DNA of 64,000 nucleotides from Candidatus Goldiibacteriota bacterium (GCA_018000835.1 JAGNJD010000001.1:137889-201888); one strand, 5' to 3'. Shown: positions 38,034 through 47,997, counted from the first letter of the stretch. Made by a program: numbers and translations. Notes: generated by a model not told the origin, from the letters alone.

Positions 38034-38376
38034 TGATACAAAATTTATGAGGGATATTTTAAAAAACATATTGAAAAAAAAAGAACTTGAAATAATCGGG
38101 GAAGCCTCAAACGGCAAAGAAGCCGTATTAAAGTATCAGGAACTAAAACCAGATCTGGTTACCATGGACATTATAATGCCCGAGATGGACGGCATAGAAG
38201 CAGTAAAAAAAATAATGCAGATAGACCCGTCTGCTCGCATCCTGATGTGCAGTGCGATGGGGCAGCAGGCACTCGTTATTGAGGCAATTCAATCAGGAGC
38301 CAGGGATTTCGTAATAAAGCCGTTTCAGCCGGCAAGAGTACTTGAGGCGGTTGACAGGGCACTACAGGGAGAATAA
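38011..38376 (+). CDS. cheY: Chemotaxis response regulator CheY (second copy).
   Basis: VLVVDDTKFMR...VTMDIIMPEMDG...FVIKPF. Confidence 0.85.
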   Translation: MKKVLVVDDTKFMRDILKNILKKKELEIIGEASNGKEAVLKYQELKPDLVTMDIIMPEMDGIEAVKKIMQIDPSARILMCSAMGQQALVIEAIQSGARDFVIKPFQPARVLEAVDRALQGE

Positions 38377-38378
38377 TT

Positions 38379-39443
38379 TTGGAACCCATAAAAGTTCTTG
38401 TGGTTGACGATTCTTCGTTTATGCGTAAAATCATTCCACAACTGCTTGAAGAAGACAGCGAAATAAAAGTGATAGACTCGGCCAGGGACGGCATGGAAGC
38501 GCTGAAAAAAATACAACGGTTAAGGCCGGACGTCGTAACTCTGGACATTGAAATGCCGGGTATGAACGGTCTGGAGACGCTATGCAAAATAATGAAAGAT
38601 TATCCAATGCCGGTCATAATGCTTTCGGCCTATACGCCGGAAGGTGCTGAAATAACGTTAAAAGCTCTCGAATATGGTGCAATTGATTTTATAAGAAAAC
38701 CTTCCGGAGAAATATCCCTTGACATCAAAAAAGTCCAGAAAGAACTCATAGAAAAAATTAAAATTGCAAAAACTATAGACCTCTCAAAACTCAAATGCAT
38801 AACAAAAAAAGAATTCACGATTGATAAGTCTTCCGGATTAAATGCCGAAATGGTAAAAACTCTGGTTATAATCGCTGCTTCAACCGGCGGTCCCAGAGCA
38901 CTCTATGAAATACTGCCAAAACTTGAAAAGAAAAATTTTCCGGTTTCTTTTCTTGTCATCCAGCACATGTCTTCCGGTTTTACAAGCACGCTTGCATCGC
39001 GTCTTAATTCAATTTCCATGCTAAACGTAAAAGAAGCCGAAGATGGTGAGGAAATACTGCCTGAAACAATTTACATAGCCCCTGGGAATTTTCATATGGG
39101 AATTAAAAACATCAATGACAAAATTTACGTTTTGTTAAACCAGGAACCGGCAATGCATGGAGTAAGGCCGGCTGCCGACATGACAATGGTATCGGTTGCA
39201 AAAAATTTTAACGGCAGCATAATTTCCGTAATACTTACGGGCATGGGAAAAGACGGAACAGCCGGTGCAGAAAAAATAAAAGAAAAAGGCGGCAGGGTAA
39301 TAGCCCAGGATAAGGAAACCAGCGTAATTTTTGGAATGCCGAGGATTGCAATTGAAAAAGGCGTAGTCGACGTCGTAGCACCGCTCCAGAAAATTTCTGA
39401 AATCATTAATGTGGAAATTGAAAAAATGCTGGAGAAAAAATGA
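38379..39443 (+). CDS. cheB: Protein-glutamate methylesterase CheB (REC plus methylesterase).
   Basis: N-terminal REC domain (VLVVDDSSFMR...VTLDIEMPGMNG). The C-terminal domain has the catalytic Ser (IAASTGGP), His (IQHMSSGF) and Asp (GMGKDG). Confidence 0.9.
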   Translation: MEPIKVLVVDDSSFMRKIIPQLLEEDSEIKVIDSARDGMEALKKIQRLRPDVVTLDIEMPGMNGLETLCKIMKDYPMPVIMLSAYTPEGAEITLKALEYGAIDFIRKPSGEISLDIKKVQKELIEKIKIAKTIDLSKLKCITKKEFTIDKSSGLNAEMVKTLVIIAASTGGPRALYEILPKLEKKNFPVSFLVIQHMSSGFTSTLASRLNSISMLNVKEAEDGEEILPETIYIAPGNFHMGIKNINDKIYVLLNQEPAMHGVRPAADMTMVSVAKNFNGSIISVILTGMGKDGTAGAEKIKEKGGRVIAQDKETSVIFGMPRIAIEKGVVDVVAPLQKISEIINVEIEKMLEKK

Positions 39444-41425
39444 ACATAGAAAATTACAAAGACGTTTTTCTGGAAGAGGCGGAAGAAAATATTAAAAATT
39501 TTAACATATCTCTCGTAATTTTTGAAAAAAACACCGATGATTTAACACCGTTAAACGAACTTTTCAGAATTGCGCATACAATAAAAGGCATGGCTGCAAC
39601 AATGGGTTATGACAGACTTACTGAATTTACGCATAACCTCGAAGAAATCCTTGATAACATCAGAAACGGGTCGTTACCTGTGTCCAGAAATATAATAAAC
39701 ATTCTCTATAAAAGCATTGATGCCATCCAGGAATTTATCGAAAATATAAAAGAAAAAAACTCTGATTTTGCCGGTAACACAAAGGAAATAATGGCAGCAA
39801 TCAGGGACGTATTGAAATATTCCGGTAAAAAAGAAATAAAAGAAGAAACGAAAGCAGAACAGGAATCACCGGAAGAAAAAATCGTTATTCCCGAAAACGT
39901 CATTGAAGAAGCACATTCACGCGGACTTAAGGTTTACATAGTAAAAGTTTACGTATCCCATTCATGCACCTTTAAAAACGTCAGAGCATTTATGATTGTC
40001 CGGAACCTTTCTGAAAAAGGTGAAATTATTAATTCCATACCTTCATCAAAAAACATAGAAGACGGAAATTTTGAGAAAATGATACAATTTGGTTTTGTTT
40101 CAAAGTTAGAAATTGCAGACATAGAAAAAGCAGTCATGAAAATATCCGAGATTGAAAAAGTTGAGGTTTTTCCAGTGGAAAAGCCGGTGCAGATGGAAAA
40201 AAACACAGAAGAAATTTCGGAAGAAGAAACATCAAGGGAGAAAAAAATTTCTGCCATTCCGCAGAATGTGCGCATAAACGTTGAAAAAATAGATGCTTTG
40301 ATGAACCTGGTCGGCGAACTCGTCATAACCAAAATTCGTCTGGACCAGATAACAAAAGAGAAAAAATTTCAATTGCTCAGAGAAGCAGTGGACGAGTTTG
40401 ACAGAATAATAAACCAGTTGCAAACAGAGGTAACGGACGTACGTATGCTCCCGGTTTCTCATATTTTTGAAAAATATCCGCGCATCATAAGAGACCTGGC
40501 CGTTGAATCCGAAAAGGAAATTGATTGTGAAATAGTCGGCGGCGACATAGAACTGGACAGAACCGTCCTGGAAGAAATAAACGAACCACTTCTTCACCTG
40601 GTGCGTAACGCGGTTTCGCACGGCATAGAAACCCCTGAGCAGCGCGAAATAGCAGGTAAACCCAAAAAAGGTCTCATAAAAATCGAAGCGAAAAGGGAAA
40701 AAAATTCCGTTCTGATAGAGGTTTCTGACGACGGCAGGGGAATATCGCTGGAAAAAGTAAGAAAAAAAGCAATAGAAAAAAACATCATCACGGAAGAACG
40801 TGCAAAATATATGAACGACGACGAGATAATAAATCTGATTGCAATACCAGGATTTTCAACGTCAGAAAAAGTTGATAAAATATCAGGAAGAGGCGTAGGC
40901 GTAGACGTCGTAAAAACAAAGGTTGAAAGGTTTGGAGGGCTTTTAAAAATAGAGAGTTACGAAGGTGAAGGGTCAAAATTCATAATGAAACTTCCTTTGA
41001 CGCTCGCGATTATCCAGTCGTTGCTCATAAAATCCGGAAAATCAACTTTTGCTCTGCCGGTTACGCACGTCGCGGAAATACTCGAAATAAACCGTGCAGA
41101 ACTTAAAAAAATACAAAAAAAAGACGTTATAATATTAAGAGGTGAAATCATTCAGGTCGTTCCTCTTTGTGAATTATTACACAGAAAAAAAACGGAAGAA
41201 AAAGAAATTATGAACCTTGTTGTGGTTGAATCAAGGGACAAACGCATAGCAATAGAAGTTGACGAGGTTTTATGTCAGCAGGAAATAGCAATTAAAAGTC
41301 TGGGAGATTTTTCAAAATATGCAAAAGGTTTTTCCGGGGTTACGATTCTTGGAGACGGCAGCATAAGCCTGATTCTAGACATACAGGCCCTGCTTGAAGG
41401 GATGGCCGTAAGCACAAACGCTTAA
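39440..41425 (+). CDS. cheA: Chemotaxis histidine kinase CheA.
   Basis: P1/Hpt domain with the phosphorylatable His (IAHTIKGMAATMGY). P4 HATPase (NAVSHGIE...DDGRGI...GRGVGVDVV). C-terminal P5 CheW-like domain. Confidence 0.9.
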   Translation: MNIENYKDVFLEEAEENIKNFNISLVIFEKNTDDLTPLNELFRIAHTIKGMAATMGYDRLTEFTHNLEEILDNIRNGSLPVSRNIINILYKSIDAIQEFIENIKEKNSDFAGNTKEIMAAIRDVLKYSGKKEIKEETKAEQESPEEKIVIPENVIEEAHSRGLKVYIVKVYVSHSCTFKNVRAFMIVRNLSEKGEIINSIPSSKNIEDGNFEKMIQFGFVSKLEIADIEKAVMKISEIEKVEVFPVEKPVQMEKNTEEISEEETSREKKISAIPQNVRINVEKIDALMNLVGELVITKIRLDQITKEKKFQLLREAVDEFDRIINQLQTEVTDVRMLPVSHIFEKYPRIIRDLAVESEKEIDCEIVGGDIELDRTVLEEINEPLLHLVRNAVSHGIETPEQREIAGKPKKGLIKIEAKREKNSVLIEVSDDGRGISLEKVRKKAIEKNIITEERAKYMNDDEIINLIAIPGFSTSEKVDKISGRGVGVDVVKTKVERFGGLLKIESYEGEGSKFIMKLPLTLAIIQSLLIKSGKSTFALPVTHVAEILEINRAELKKIQKKDVIILRGEIIQVVPLCELLHRKKTEEKEIMNLVVVESRDKRIAIEVDEVLCQQEIAIKSLGDFSKYAKGFSGVTILGDGSISLILDIQALLEGMAVSTNA

Positions 41426-41437
41426 TCAGGAGAAAAA

Positions 41438-42061
41438 ATGGAAAATAAACAGGAACTAAATCTTACGGAAGCGCAGATTGATGCATTAAAAGAGGTTGGA
41501 AACGTTGGTGCAGGTCACGCTGCAACCGCTCTATCCCAGCTTATAAAGAAAAAAATAATGATAACTGTCCCGGAAGTAAAAATAATAGGGTTGCAGGAAG
41601 TTCCGGGCTTAATAGGCGATTCCCAATCCCTTGTTGCAGGCGTCATTATGAACGTCCTGGGAGACATAACAGCTAAAATACTTTTGCTGCTTACCAGGGA
41701 AAGTGCACTATCCCTTGCCGACATGCTTTTACAAAAAAAGCCCGGCACGACAAAAGTTTTATCCGAGATAGGAAACTCTGCAATAAAGGAAACCGGAAAC
41801 ATTTTATCCGGTGCATACATGAATGCGTTAAACGAATTTCTGGGATTAATACTTCTGCCATCGGTACCGACGCTTGTTTTTGACATCGCAGGCGCGGTTC
41901 TTTCTGCCGTATCCGACGGTTTCGAAGGTGTATCGTCAAAAATATTGTCAATTGAAACGCAATTTTCAGAGACAAACGATAAAATAATAAAAGGCTATTT
42001 GTTGCTCATTCCTGACGTTTTGTCTGTAAGCGTCATTTTAGATGCAATAAAAGTAAAATAA
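41438..42061 (+). CDS. CheC-family phosphatase, paralog 2 (CheC/CheX/FliY-type).
   Basis: IDALKEVGNVGAGHAATALS...AIKETGNILSGAYMNAL. It is ~75% identical to the product of 45747-46373. Confidence 0.75.
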   Translation: MENKQELNLTEAQIDALKEVGNVGAGHAATALSQLIKKKIMITVPEVKIIGLQEVPGLIGDSQSLVAGVIMNVLGDITAKILLLLTRESALSLADMLLQKKPGTTKVLSEIGNSAIKETGNILSGAYMNALNEFLGLILLPSVPTLVFDIAGAVLSAVSDGFEGVSSKILSIETQFSETNDKIIKGYLLLIPDVLSVSVILDAIKVK

Positions 42062-42106
42062 AAAAGCAGCGGGTTTAAACGCAAAAAATAAATAATGGGA
42101 GCATAA

Positions 42107-44221
42107 ATGTTGACTTTTGCACTTGACATAGGAACCAGAAAAGTAGCAGGTATTTTAGGTCTGCAACAGGGAGAAAAAATAAAAATCGTTGATGCCGTGG
42201 TAAAAGAACATAATAAAAGATCCATGTATGACGGCCAGATACATAACATAGAAGAAGTTACTGCAATTGTTCGTTCAATAAAATCAGAACTTGAGGAAAA
42301 AAACAAAATAAAACTTTCAACGGTGTCTTCGGCACTTGCAGGCAGGGACCTTTATATCCAGACGTCATTTTCTGAAATAAACAAAAAGGGCGAAATAACA
42401 AAGGAAGACGTTTCTTTTGCCGAAATGGAAAGCGTAAGAAAGGCATGTGAGCAGTTAACCGAAAAACAAAAGAGGGAATATTACTGCGTTGGTTATTCTA
42501 CGGTTGCGTATCAGATAGACGGAGTCCCGATAAAAAATCCTTTATACCAGTTTGTCAGGAATAGTTTCAGTGTTGAAACCATTGCAACGTTTTTACCAAG
42601 GATGACTCTCGAATCAATGCTTGCCGTTTTGAAAAACAGTGGACTTGAAATAGAAACGATAACGCTGGAACCGATAGCAGCATTAAACGTAACAATTCCC
42701 GACGACATGCGGCTTTTAAACCTTGCGCTCGTTGACGTCGGAGCAGGCACGTCAGACGTTGCCATAACCGACAAAGGTAAAATAATTTCCTATGGCATGA
42801 TTCCTAAGGCAGGCGACGAAATAACAGAAGAAATATGTTCAAAATTTCTCGTTGACTTTAACGAAGCAGAAAAAATAAAAAGAACCATATCAGAAAAAAC
42901 AATTGTTGAATCGTCCAACATATTTAACAAAAAAATATCGGTCACGTCTGACGACTTCACGGCAGCGGTGGAAGAAAAAGTCAATGAAATTGCAAAGGAG
43001 ATTGCAGATACCATACTACAGTTAAACAAAAAACAACCTGCTGCAGTCGTAATGGTTGGCGGCGGAAGCGGGCTGAATTTGTTAAAAGAAAAAATTGCAG
43101 ATAATCTTGGTCTGCCTCATAGCAGGGTTGGCAGCAGGACCCCGCTTAACATATTAAATCTTGAAAACCTGCCTGAGAGGTTACTTGGCACGGAAGCCAT
43201 AACGCCGCTTGGCATTCTCGACGCCGCGGTGTTCAAACGCGGACTCGGGTTCATAGACGTTTATTTGAACGAAGAAAAAGAACACATAATAAACCTTGAA
43301 CAGGAAATAAAAGTCATTGACGTTCTTACAAACCGTGGAATTGACATGAAAAAACTTTACGGCAGGCCGGGCAATGCCATCACTTTTACCTTAAACGGGG
43401 AATTAAAAATAATAAGAGGCGAAAAAGCAGAACATGCAAAAATATTCATAAACAACGACGAAAAAGACATCTATTCAACCGTAAAGCAGGGTGACAAAAT
43501 ATTCATAACAAACGCAAAAGACGGTATGGACGCATCGGTTACCGTAAAACAGGTTATTTCACAAAACGACGTTCTGACCGTCTCAATAAACGGCGAAAAT
43601 CACACAATTTATCCCGACGTTTACGTTGACGAAAAACAGGTGACAGACATAAACGAAACGATAAACGACAGGGCAGACGTTTACGTCAGAAAAACAGATG
43701 CGTTAAAAGACGTCCTGCTAAAAGCAGGTCTTTCAATCGGGAAAACCGAAGAGAGGGACATCATAATCACGGTTAACAACGAACCGCTCACGCTAAAGCA
43801 GAGAAACTTCCGGCTTAAAGTAAATGGCATGGACGTTTCGCCGGATTACAAAGTAAAAAACATGGACAAAATAGAATATAAGGAAACTCCGTCGTATTAT
43901 AAAATAAAAGACATAATAAAAAACAGAAAAACTACGATTACGGTCAAAATAAACGGGAAGCCGTTTGAAATAGAACATACGGGCAGGGACATATACATGA
44001 ACGGAAAAAAGGCAGATGAAAACGAGTTCATAATAAACGGTGCAAACATAGAAGTAAAAATGAGCGAAGTAAGACCAATGCTTTCGTCAATTTTCCGGGT
44101 ATACCCCATTGACAGGGAACAGATGAGAGGCAGGATGCTCGAAATAAAATTAAACGGTGAAAAAGCAGGTTATACGACTGAAATCCGCGACGGTGACGAA
44201 ATAGAAATTCTGTTTGTATGA
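42107..44221 (+). CDS. FtsA/PilM-like actin-fold (ASKHA) ATPase with a ~330-aa C-terminal array of ThiS/MoaD-like beta-grasp-type repeats.
   Basis: N-terminus FALDIGTRKVAGILGL (phosphate-1), LALVDVGAGTSDVAI (phosphate-2) and VVMVGGGSGL (adenosine motif). The domain order resembles FtsA, including an SHS2-like insert. The C-terminal half holds ~9 repeats of a hydrophobic-x-hydrophobic-NGE motif and ends ...LNGEKAGYTTEIRDGDEIEILFV, which resembles the ThiS C-terminus but lacks the terminal GG. Confidence 0.5.
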   Translation: MLTFALDIGTRKVAGILGLQQGEKIKIVDAVVKEHNKRSMYDGQIHNIEEVTAIVRSIKSELEEKNKIKLSTVSSALAGRDLYIQTSFSEINKKGEITKEDVSFAEMESVRKACEQLTEKQKREYYCVGYSTVAYQIDGVPIKNPLYQFVRNSFSVETIATFLPRMTLESMLAVLKNSGLEIETITLEPIAALNVTIPDDMRLLNLALVDVGAGTSDVAITDKGKIISYGMIPKAGDEITEEICSKFLVDFNEAEKIKRTISEKTIVESSNIFNKKISVTSDDFTAAVEEKVNEIAKEIADTILQLNKKQPAAVVMVGGGSGLNLLKEKIADNLGLPHSRVGSRTPLNILNLENLPERLLGTEAITPLGILDAAVFKRGLGFIDVYLNEEKEHIINLEQEIKVIDVLTNRGIDMKKLYGRPGNAITFTLNGELKIIRGEKAEHAKIFINNDEKDIYSTVKQGDKIFITNAKDGMDASVTVKQVISQNDVLTVSINGENHTIYPDVYVDEKQVTDINETINDRADVYVRKTDALKDVLLKAGLSIGKTEERDIIITVNNEPLTLKQRNFRLKVNGMDVSPDYKVKNMDKIEYKETPSYYKIKDIIKNRKTTITVKINGKPFEIEHTGRDIYMNGKKADENEFIINGANIEVKMSEVRPMLSSIFRVYPIDREQMRGRMLEIKLNGEKAGYTTEIRDGDEIEILFV

Positions 44222-44240
44222 ATGAAGGGGAATAGGGTTT

Positions 44241-45566
44241 ATGCGGGCTTTGCTTATAAATCCATGGATATACGATTTTAAATGCCATGATTTCTGGATA
44301 AAACCACACGGTTTTCTGCGGATTGCTTCCATGTTAAAAAATAACGGCTTTGCCATAGATTTTATTGATTGCATGGACAGGTTTGACCCTGACATGAAGG
44401 ACTACAAAATAAAAGACGATGAATATGGCAAAGGAAAATTTTTTTACGAAGAAATTGAAAAACCAGACGTTTATTCAAAAATACCCAGAAAATATAAAAG
44501 ATACGGAACCCTGGTTTCGATTTTTAAAAATAAACTGGAGAAATTACAAAAGCCGGACGTTATTTTAATTACGTCTTCAATGACGTATAATTATGAAGGC
44601 GTTTTTTACGCAATTGATTTGTTAAAAGAAAAATTTGAAAACGTAAAAATAGTTCTGGGCGGTATTTATGCAACGCTTTGCAATGACCATGCAAAAAAAC
44701 GTTCAAAAGCAGATTTTGTGTGGAAAGGCCGGGTTAACGATACTTTTTTCAAACTGCTGAAACATTATACCGGCAAGGACATAATCTGTGATGAAAACAT
44801 AAACGAAGTTCTTCCGGATTATTCTTTTTATAAAAACGTGCCTTATGCTGCCGTGCGTTTTACTTTTGGATGTCCATTTAACTGCACATACTGTGCCGTA
44901 AAAAGTTTTAACGATGATTATTATCAGAGAGACGTGCAAAATATTATTTATGAACTAAAAAAATATTACGAGTCGGGCATTTCAGACGTTGCGTTTTATG
45001 ACGATGCATTGCTTTATAAAAATTTTTACGTAAAATCGATATTAAGAAAAATCATAAAAGAAAAACTGAAATTCCATTTCCACACTCCAAACGGATTACA
45101 CGCTTCATACGTTGACGCTGATATGGCAGAACTTCTAAAAGAGTCCGGTTTTGTTGACCTGCGCATCTCCCTTGAGACGTCTGATTATGAACTACAGAAA
45201 AAAACCGGAGGCAAAGTAACCGACGAAAATTTCATGCAATCCGTTAAAAATCTGAAAAACGCAGGTTTTAAGGGCTCTGACATAGGTGTCTATATACTCG
45301 CAGGACTGCCACATCAGAAATACGATTCTGTTTTAAAAGACGTTCATTATCTTATGGATAAAAAAGTAAAAATAAAAATTGCAAATTATTCTCCAATTCC
45401 AGGCACCGTTGACTTTTTGGAATTAAGGGAAGATATCAGGGCACAGATTGCAGCAGAACCGCTGAAACAAAACGAACTTTATTTTCTTACGATAAATAAT
45501 GATTTTACCTGGGAAGACAACGAAAAAATAAAAAAAATGGTGAATGACCACAATCATTCGTTGTAA
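44241..45566 (+). CDS. Radical SAM protein with an N-terminal B12-binding-like (Rossmann) domain.
   Basis: CPFNCTYC (CxxxCxxC) lies at ~aa 212. The N-terminus LLINPWIYDF...PHGFLRIASMLKNNGFAIDFIDC is typical of class-B / B12-rSAM enzymes. 441 aa. Confidence 0.7.
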   Translation: MRALLINPWIYDFKCHDFWIKPHGFLRIASMLKNNGFAIDFIDCMDRFDPDMKDYKIKDDEYGKGKFFYEEIEKPDVYSKIPRKYKRYGTLVSIFKNKLEKLQKPDVILITSSMTYNYEGVFYAIDLLKEKFENVKIVLGGIYATLCNDHAKKRSKADFVWKGRVNDTFFKLLKHYTGKDIICDENINEVLPDYSFYKNVPYAAVRFTFGCPFNCTYCAVKSFNDDYYQRDVQNIIYELKKYYESGISDVAFYDDALLYKNFYVKSILRKIIKEKLKFHFHTPNGLHASYVDADMAELLKESGFVDLRISLETSDYELQKKTGGKVTDENFMQSVKNLKNAGFKGSDIGVYILAGLPHQKYDSVLKDVHYLMDKKVKIKIANYSPIPGTVDFLELREDIRAQIAAEPLKQNELYFLTINNDFTWEDNEKIKKMVNDHNHSL

Positions 45567-45746
45567 CGTTGTAAAAAAATACTTTAATAATTCCCTTCTG
45601 ACAGGGACCGCCTGAATGGACGGGATGTTATTATATAGTAACGAATGCCATGTGTTAGATGAAAAAATTTCTGTATAAATCCCTTTCTGCCCATCTCTGC
45701 TTTTAACATATTTACTTTATGAATGATTAGATATATAATATAAAAC

Positions 45747-46373
45747 ATGGATGAACGGCAGGAACTTACACTCACAGAAGCACAAATAGATGCGTTAAAA
45801 GAAGTAGGCAACATAGGTGCAGGACATGCCGCAACTGCACTCTCACAGATGGTAAACAAAAAAAAGATAATGATAACCGTACCTGAAGTAAAAGTAGTTG
45901 AAAAAGATAAAATTTTTAATTACACTGATGAACCCGATGCCCTGTCAACCGGAGTGATTATGAACGTGCTTGGTGACGTCGTATCAAAAATTATAATGCT
46001 TATAAAAAAAGAAAGTGCGTTATACCTTGCCGACCTGTTACTTAAAAAAAAGCCGGGCACGTCAAAATTACTTACAGAGATGGAAAATTCGGCAGTAAAA
46101 GAGATAGGCAACATTTTATCCGGTGCATACATGAATGCTTTAAATGAATTCCTCGGCCTGATGCTTCTGCCTTCTGTTCCAAACCTTGTTTTTGATACTT
46201 CTGCTGCAATACTTACTGCGGTTTTGGACAGTTTTGAAGACGTATCTTCAAAAATACTTTCCATTGAAACCCAGTTTATTGAGACAAACGAAAAAATTTT
46301 AAAAGGATACCTGCTTTTAATGCCAGACACTTCATCGGTAAAAATAATTCTTGATGCAATAAAGGTAAAATAA
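45747..46373 (+). CDS. CheC-family phosphatase, paralog 3 (near-duplicate of 41438-42061).
   Basis: IDALKEVGNIGAGHAATALS...AVKEIGNILSGAYMNALNEFLGL...ILDAIKVK. Own TATAAT at 45733-45738; no obvious RBS. Confidence 0.75.
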   Translation: MDERQELTLTEAQIDALKEVGNIGAGHAATALSQMVNKKKIMITVPEVKVVEKDKIFNYTDEPDALSTGVIMNVLGDVVSKIIMLIKKESALYLADLLLKKKPGTSKLLTEMENSAVKEIGNILSGAYMNALNEFLGLMLLPSVPNLVFDTSAAILTAVLDSFEDVSSKILSIETQFIETNEKILKGYLLLMPDTSSVKIILDAIKVK

Positions 46374-46446
46374 ATTTTTTGTATATCAAAAAAACAGGGA
46401 AATTTCATAAATTGTCCCTGCATATAAAATATATGATATAGGTATA

Positions 46447-47874
46447 GTGATGAAAAAAATTTCTGATTATAAATTTGAAATAGAAAAAAAACATGATATG
46501 AACGTCCCCGGTATAATTTATGCCAGTGAAAAACTTTTAAAGGACATAGGAAACGAACCGCTTATGCAGGTTGAAAACGTTGCATGTCTGCCCGGCATTC
46601 AGAAATATTCAATTGCCATGCCTGACATACACTGGGGATATGGATTTCCGATAGGCGGAGTAGCAGCATTTGATTACGACGATGGAATAATCTCGCCTGG
46701 CGGGGTTGGTTATGACATAAATTGCGGAGTAAGAATGATAAAAACAAACCTTGATTATGACGAAATCAGGGATAAAATTGACGACCTTGCAAATGGTTTG
46801 TTTAATGCAGTGCCGTCGGGCGTCGGCAGCAGTGGTGCCATAGTGCTTACAAAAAAGGAATTATTTAAAGTCCTGAAAAAAGGTCTGCTCTGGGCAGTAA
46901 GCAACGGTTACGGCAGTTCAACAGACGTTAACAGGGCAGAGGAAGGCGGCGTCCTAAATTTTGATTCTGATACGGATGACGTAAGCAGCAGGGCAATTGA
47001 ACGCGGACTTGACCAGTTGGGAACCCTCGGCGCCGGTAACCATTTTCTTGAAATACAAAAAGTAGATACTGTTTTCCTGCCTTCCATTGCAGATAAACTG
47101 GGTATATTTAAAAATCAGATTATTATCATGTTTCACACCGGTTCGCGCGGTCTTGGATACCAGATTTGTGACGATTATCTGCATTTGTTCAGGTCTGTCT
47201 TCCAGAAATACGGCATAAAATTAAAAGACCAGCAGTTGATAAGCGTTCCTATAACGTCAAAAGAAGGAAAAAAATATTTTAATGCAATGAGCGGTGCGGC
47301 AAATTATGCATGGGCAAACAGACAGGTAATAACAGGACTCATTGAAAATACTTTTGAAAATTTTTTTAAAAAAAGTGCCTCGTCTCTCGGTATAAGCGTT
47401 ATCTACGACGTTTCACATAACATTGCAAGGATGGAGGAACATGAAGTTGACGGAAAAATGAAAAAATTGTGCGTTCACAGAAAAGGCGCTACCCGTGCAC
47501 TTCCAAAAGGGCATGAAATGCTGCCAGAGGAGTTAAGAGACATCGGCCAGCCGGTTCTTGTGCCCGGAGATATGGGAAGGGCTTCTTTTATTTTAAAGGG
47601 AGAAGAAAATTCAAAGGAGGCATTTTATTCCTGCGCCCATGGTGCGGGAAGGATGCTGTCCCGCAGTCAGGCATTAAAGCAGGGAAGAAACAGAAATCTG
47701 TTTGATGAGATTGCAGGCCAGGGCGTTGTTGTAAAAGTCCGCAGTAAAAAACTTCTCGCAGAAGAAGCTCCGTTTGCATACAAAGATGCAGAAGATATAA
47801 CCGGAGTCGTGCAAAAAGCAGGCCTTGCTTCCCGTGTCGCAAAATTAAAACCAGTTGCAGTCATAAAAGGATAG
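46447..47874 (+). CDS. rtcB: RNA-splicing/repair ligase RtcB.
   Basis: The RtcB metal-binding blocks are present: DIHWGYGFPIGG, GYDINCGVRM, GAGNHFLEIQ, HTGSRGLG, CHRKGATRA. Confidence 0.85.
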   Translation: MMKKISDYKFEIEKKHDMNVPGIIYASEKLLKDIGNEPLMQVENVACLPGIQKYSIAMPDIHWGYGFPIGGVAAFDYDDGIISPGGVGYDINCGVRMIKTNLDYDEIRDKIDDLANGLFNAVPSGVGSSGAIVLTKKELFKVLKKGLLWAVSNGYGSSTDVNRAEEGGVLNFDSDTDDVSSRAIERGLDQLGTLGAGNHFLEIQKVDTVFLPSIADKLGIFKNQIIIMFHTGSRGLGYQICDDYLHLFRSVFQKYGIKLKDQQLISVPITSKEGKKYFNAMSGAANYAWANRQVITGLIENTFENFFKKSASSLGISVIYDVSHNIARMEEHEVDGKMKKLCVHRKGATRALPKGHEMLPEELRDIGQPVLVPGDMGRASFILKGEENSKEAFYSCAHGAGRMLSRSQALKQGRNRNLFDEIAGQGVVVKVRSKKLLAEEAPFAYKDAEDITGVVQKAGLASRVAKLKPVAVIKG

Positions 47875-47997
47875 CGTTTCGCATAAGACACACTACTTTA
47901 ATGAACTTTCAAAATATTGAAAAATTATTTTCGTCTGCTATAATAATTATGAATAAATTTTTATGGCTCAGTAAAAATCGTAAAGGAGGCGTTTGAT

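Noticed and set aside
45567-45746. Locally GC-richer non-coding spacer (GGGACCGCCTGAATGGACGGGATG) between the rSAM gene and cheC paralog 3.
   Set aside because: It is too short and featureless to call an element. It may simply mark the junction of the duplicated cheC segment and is mentioned under the duplication finding.
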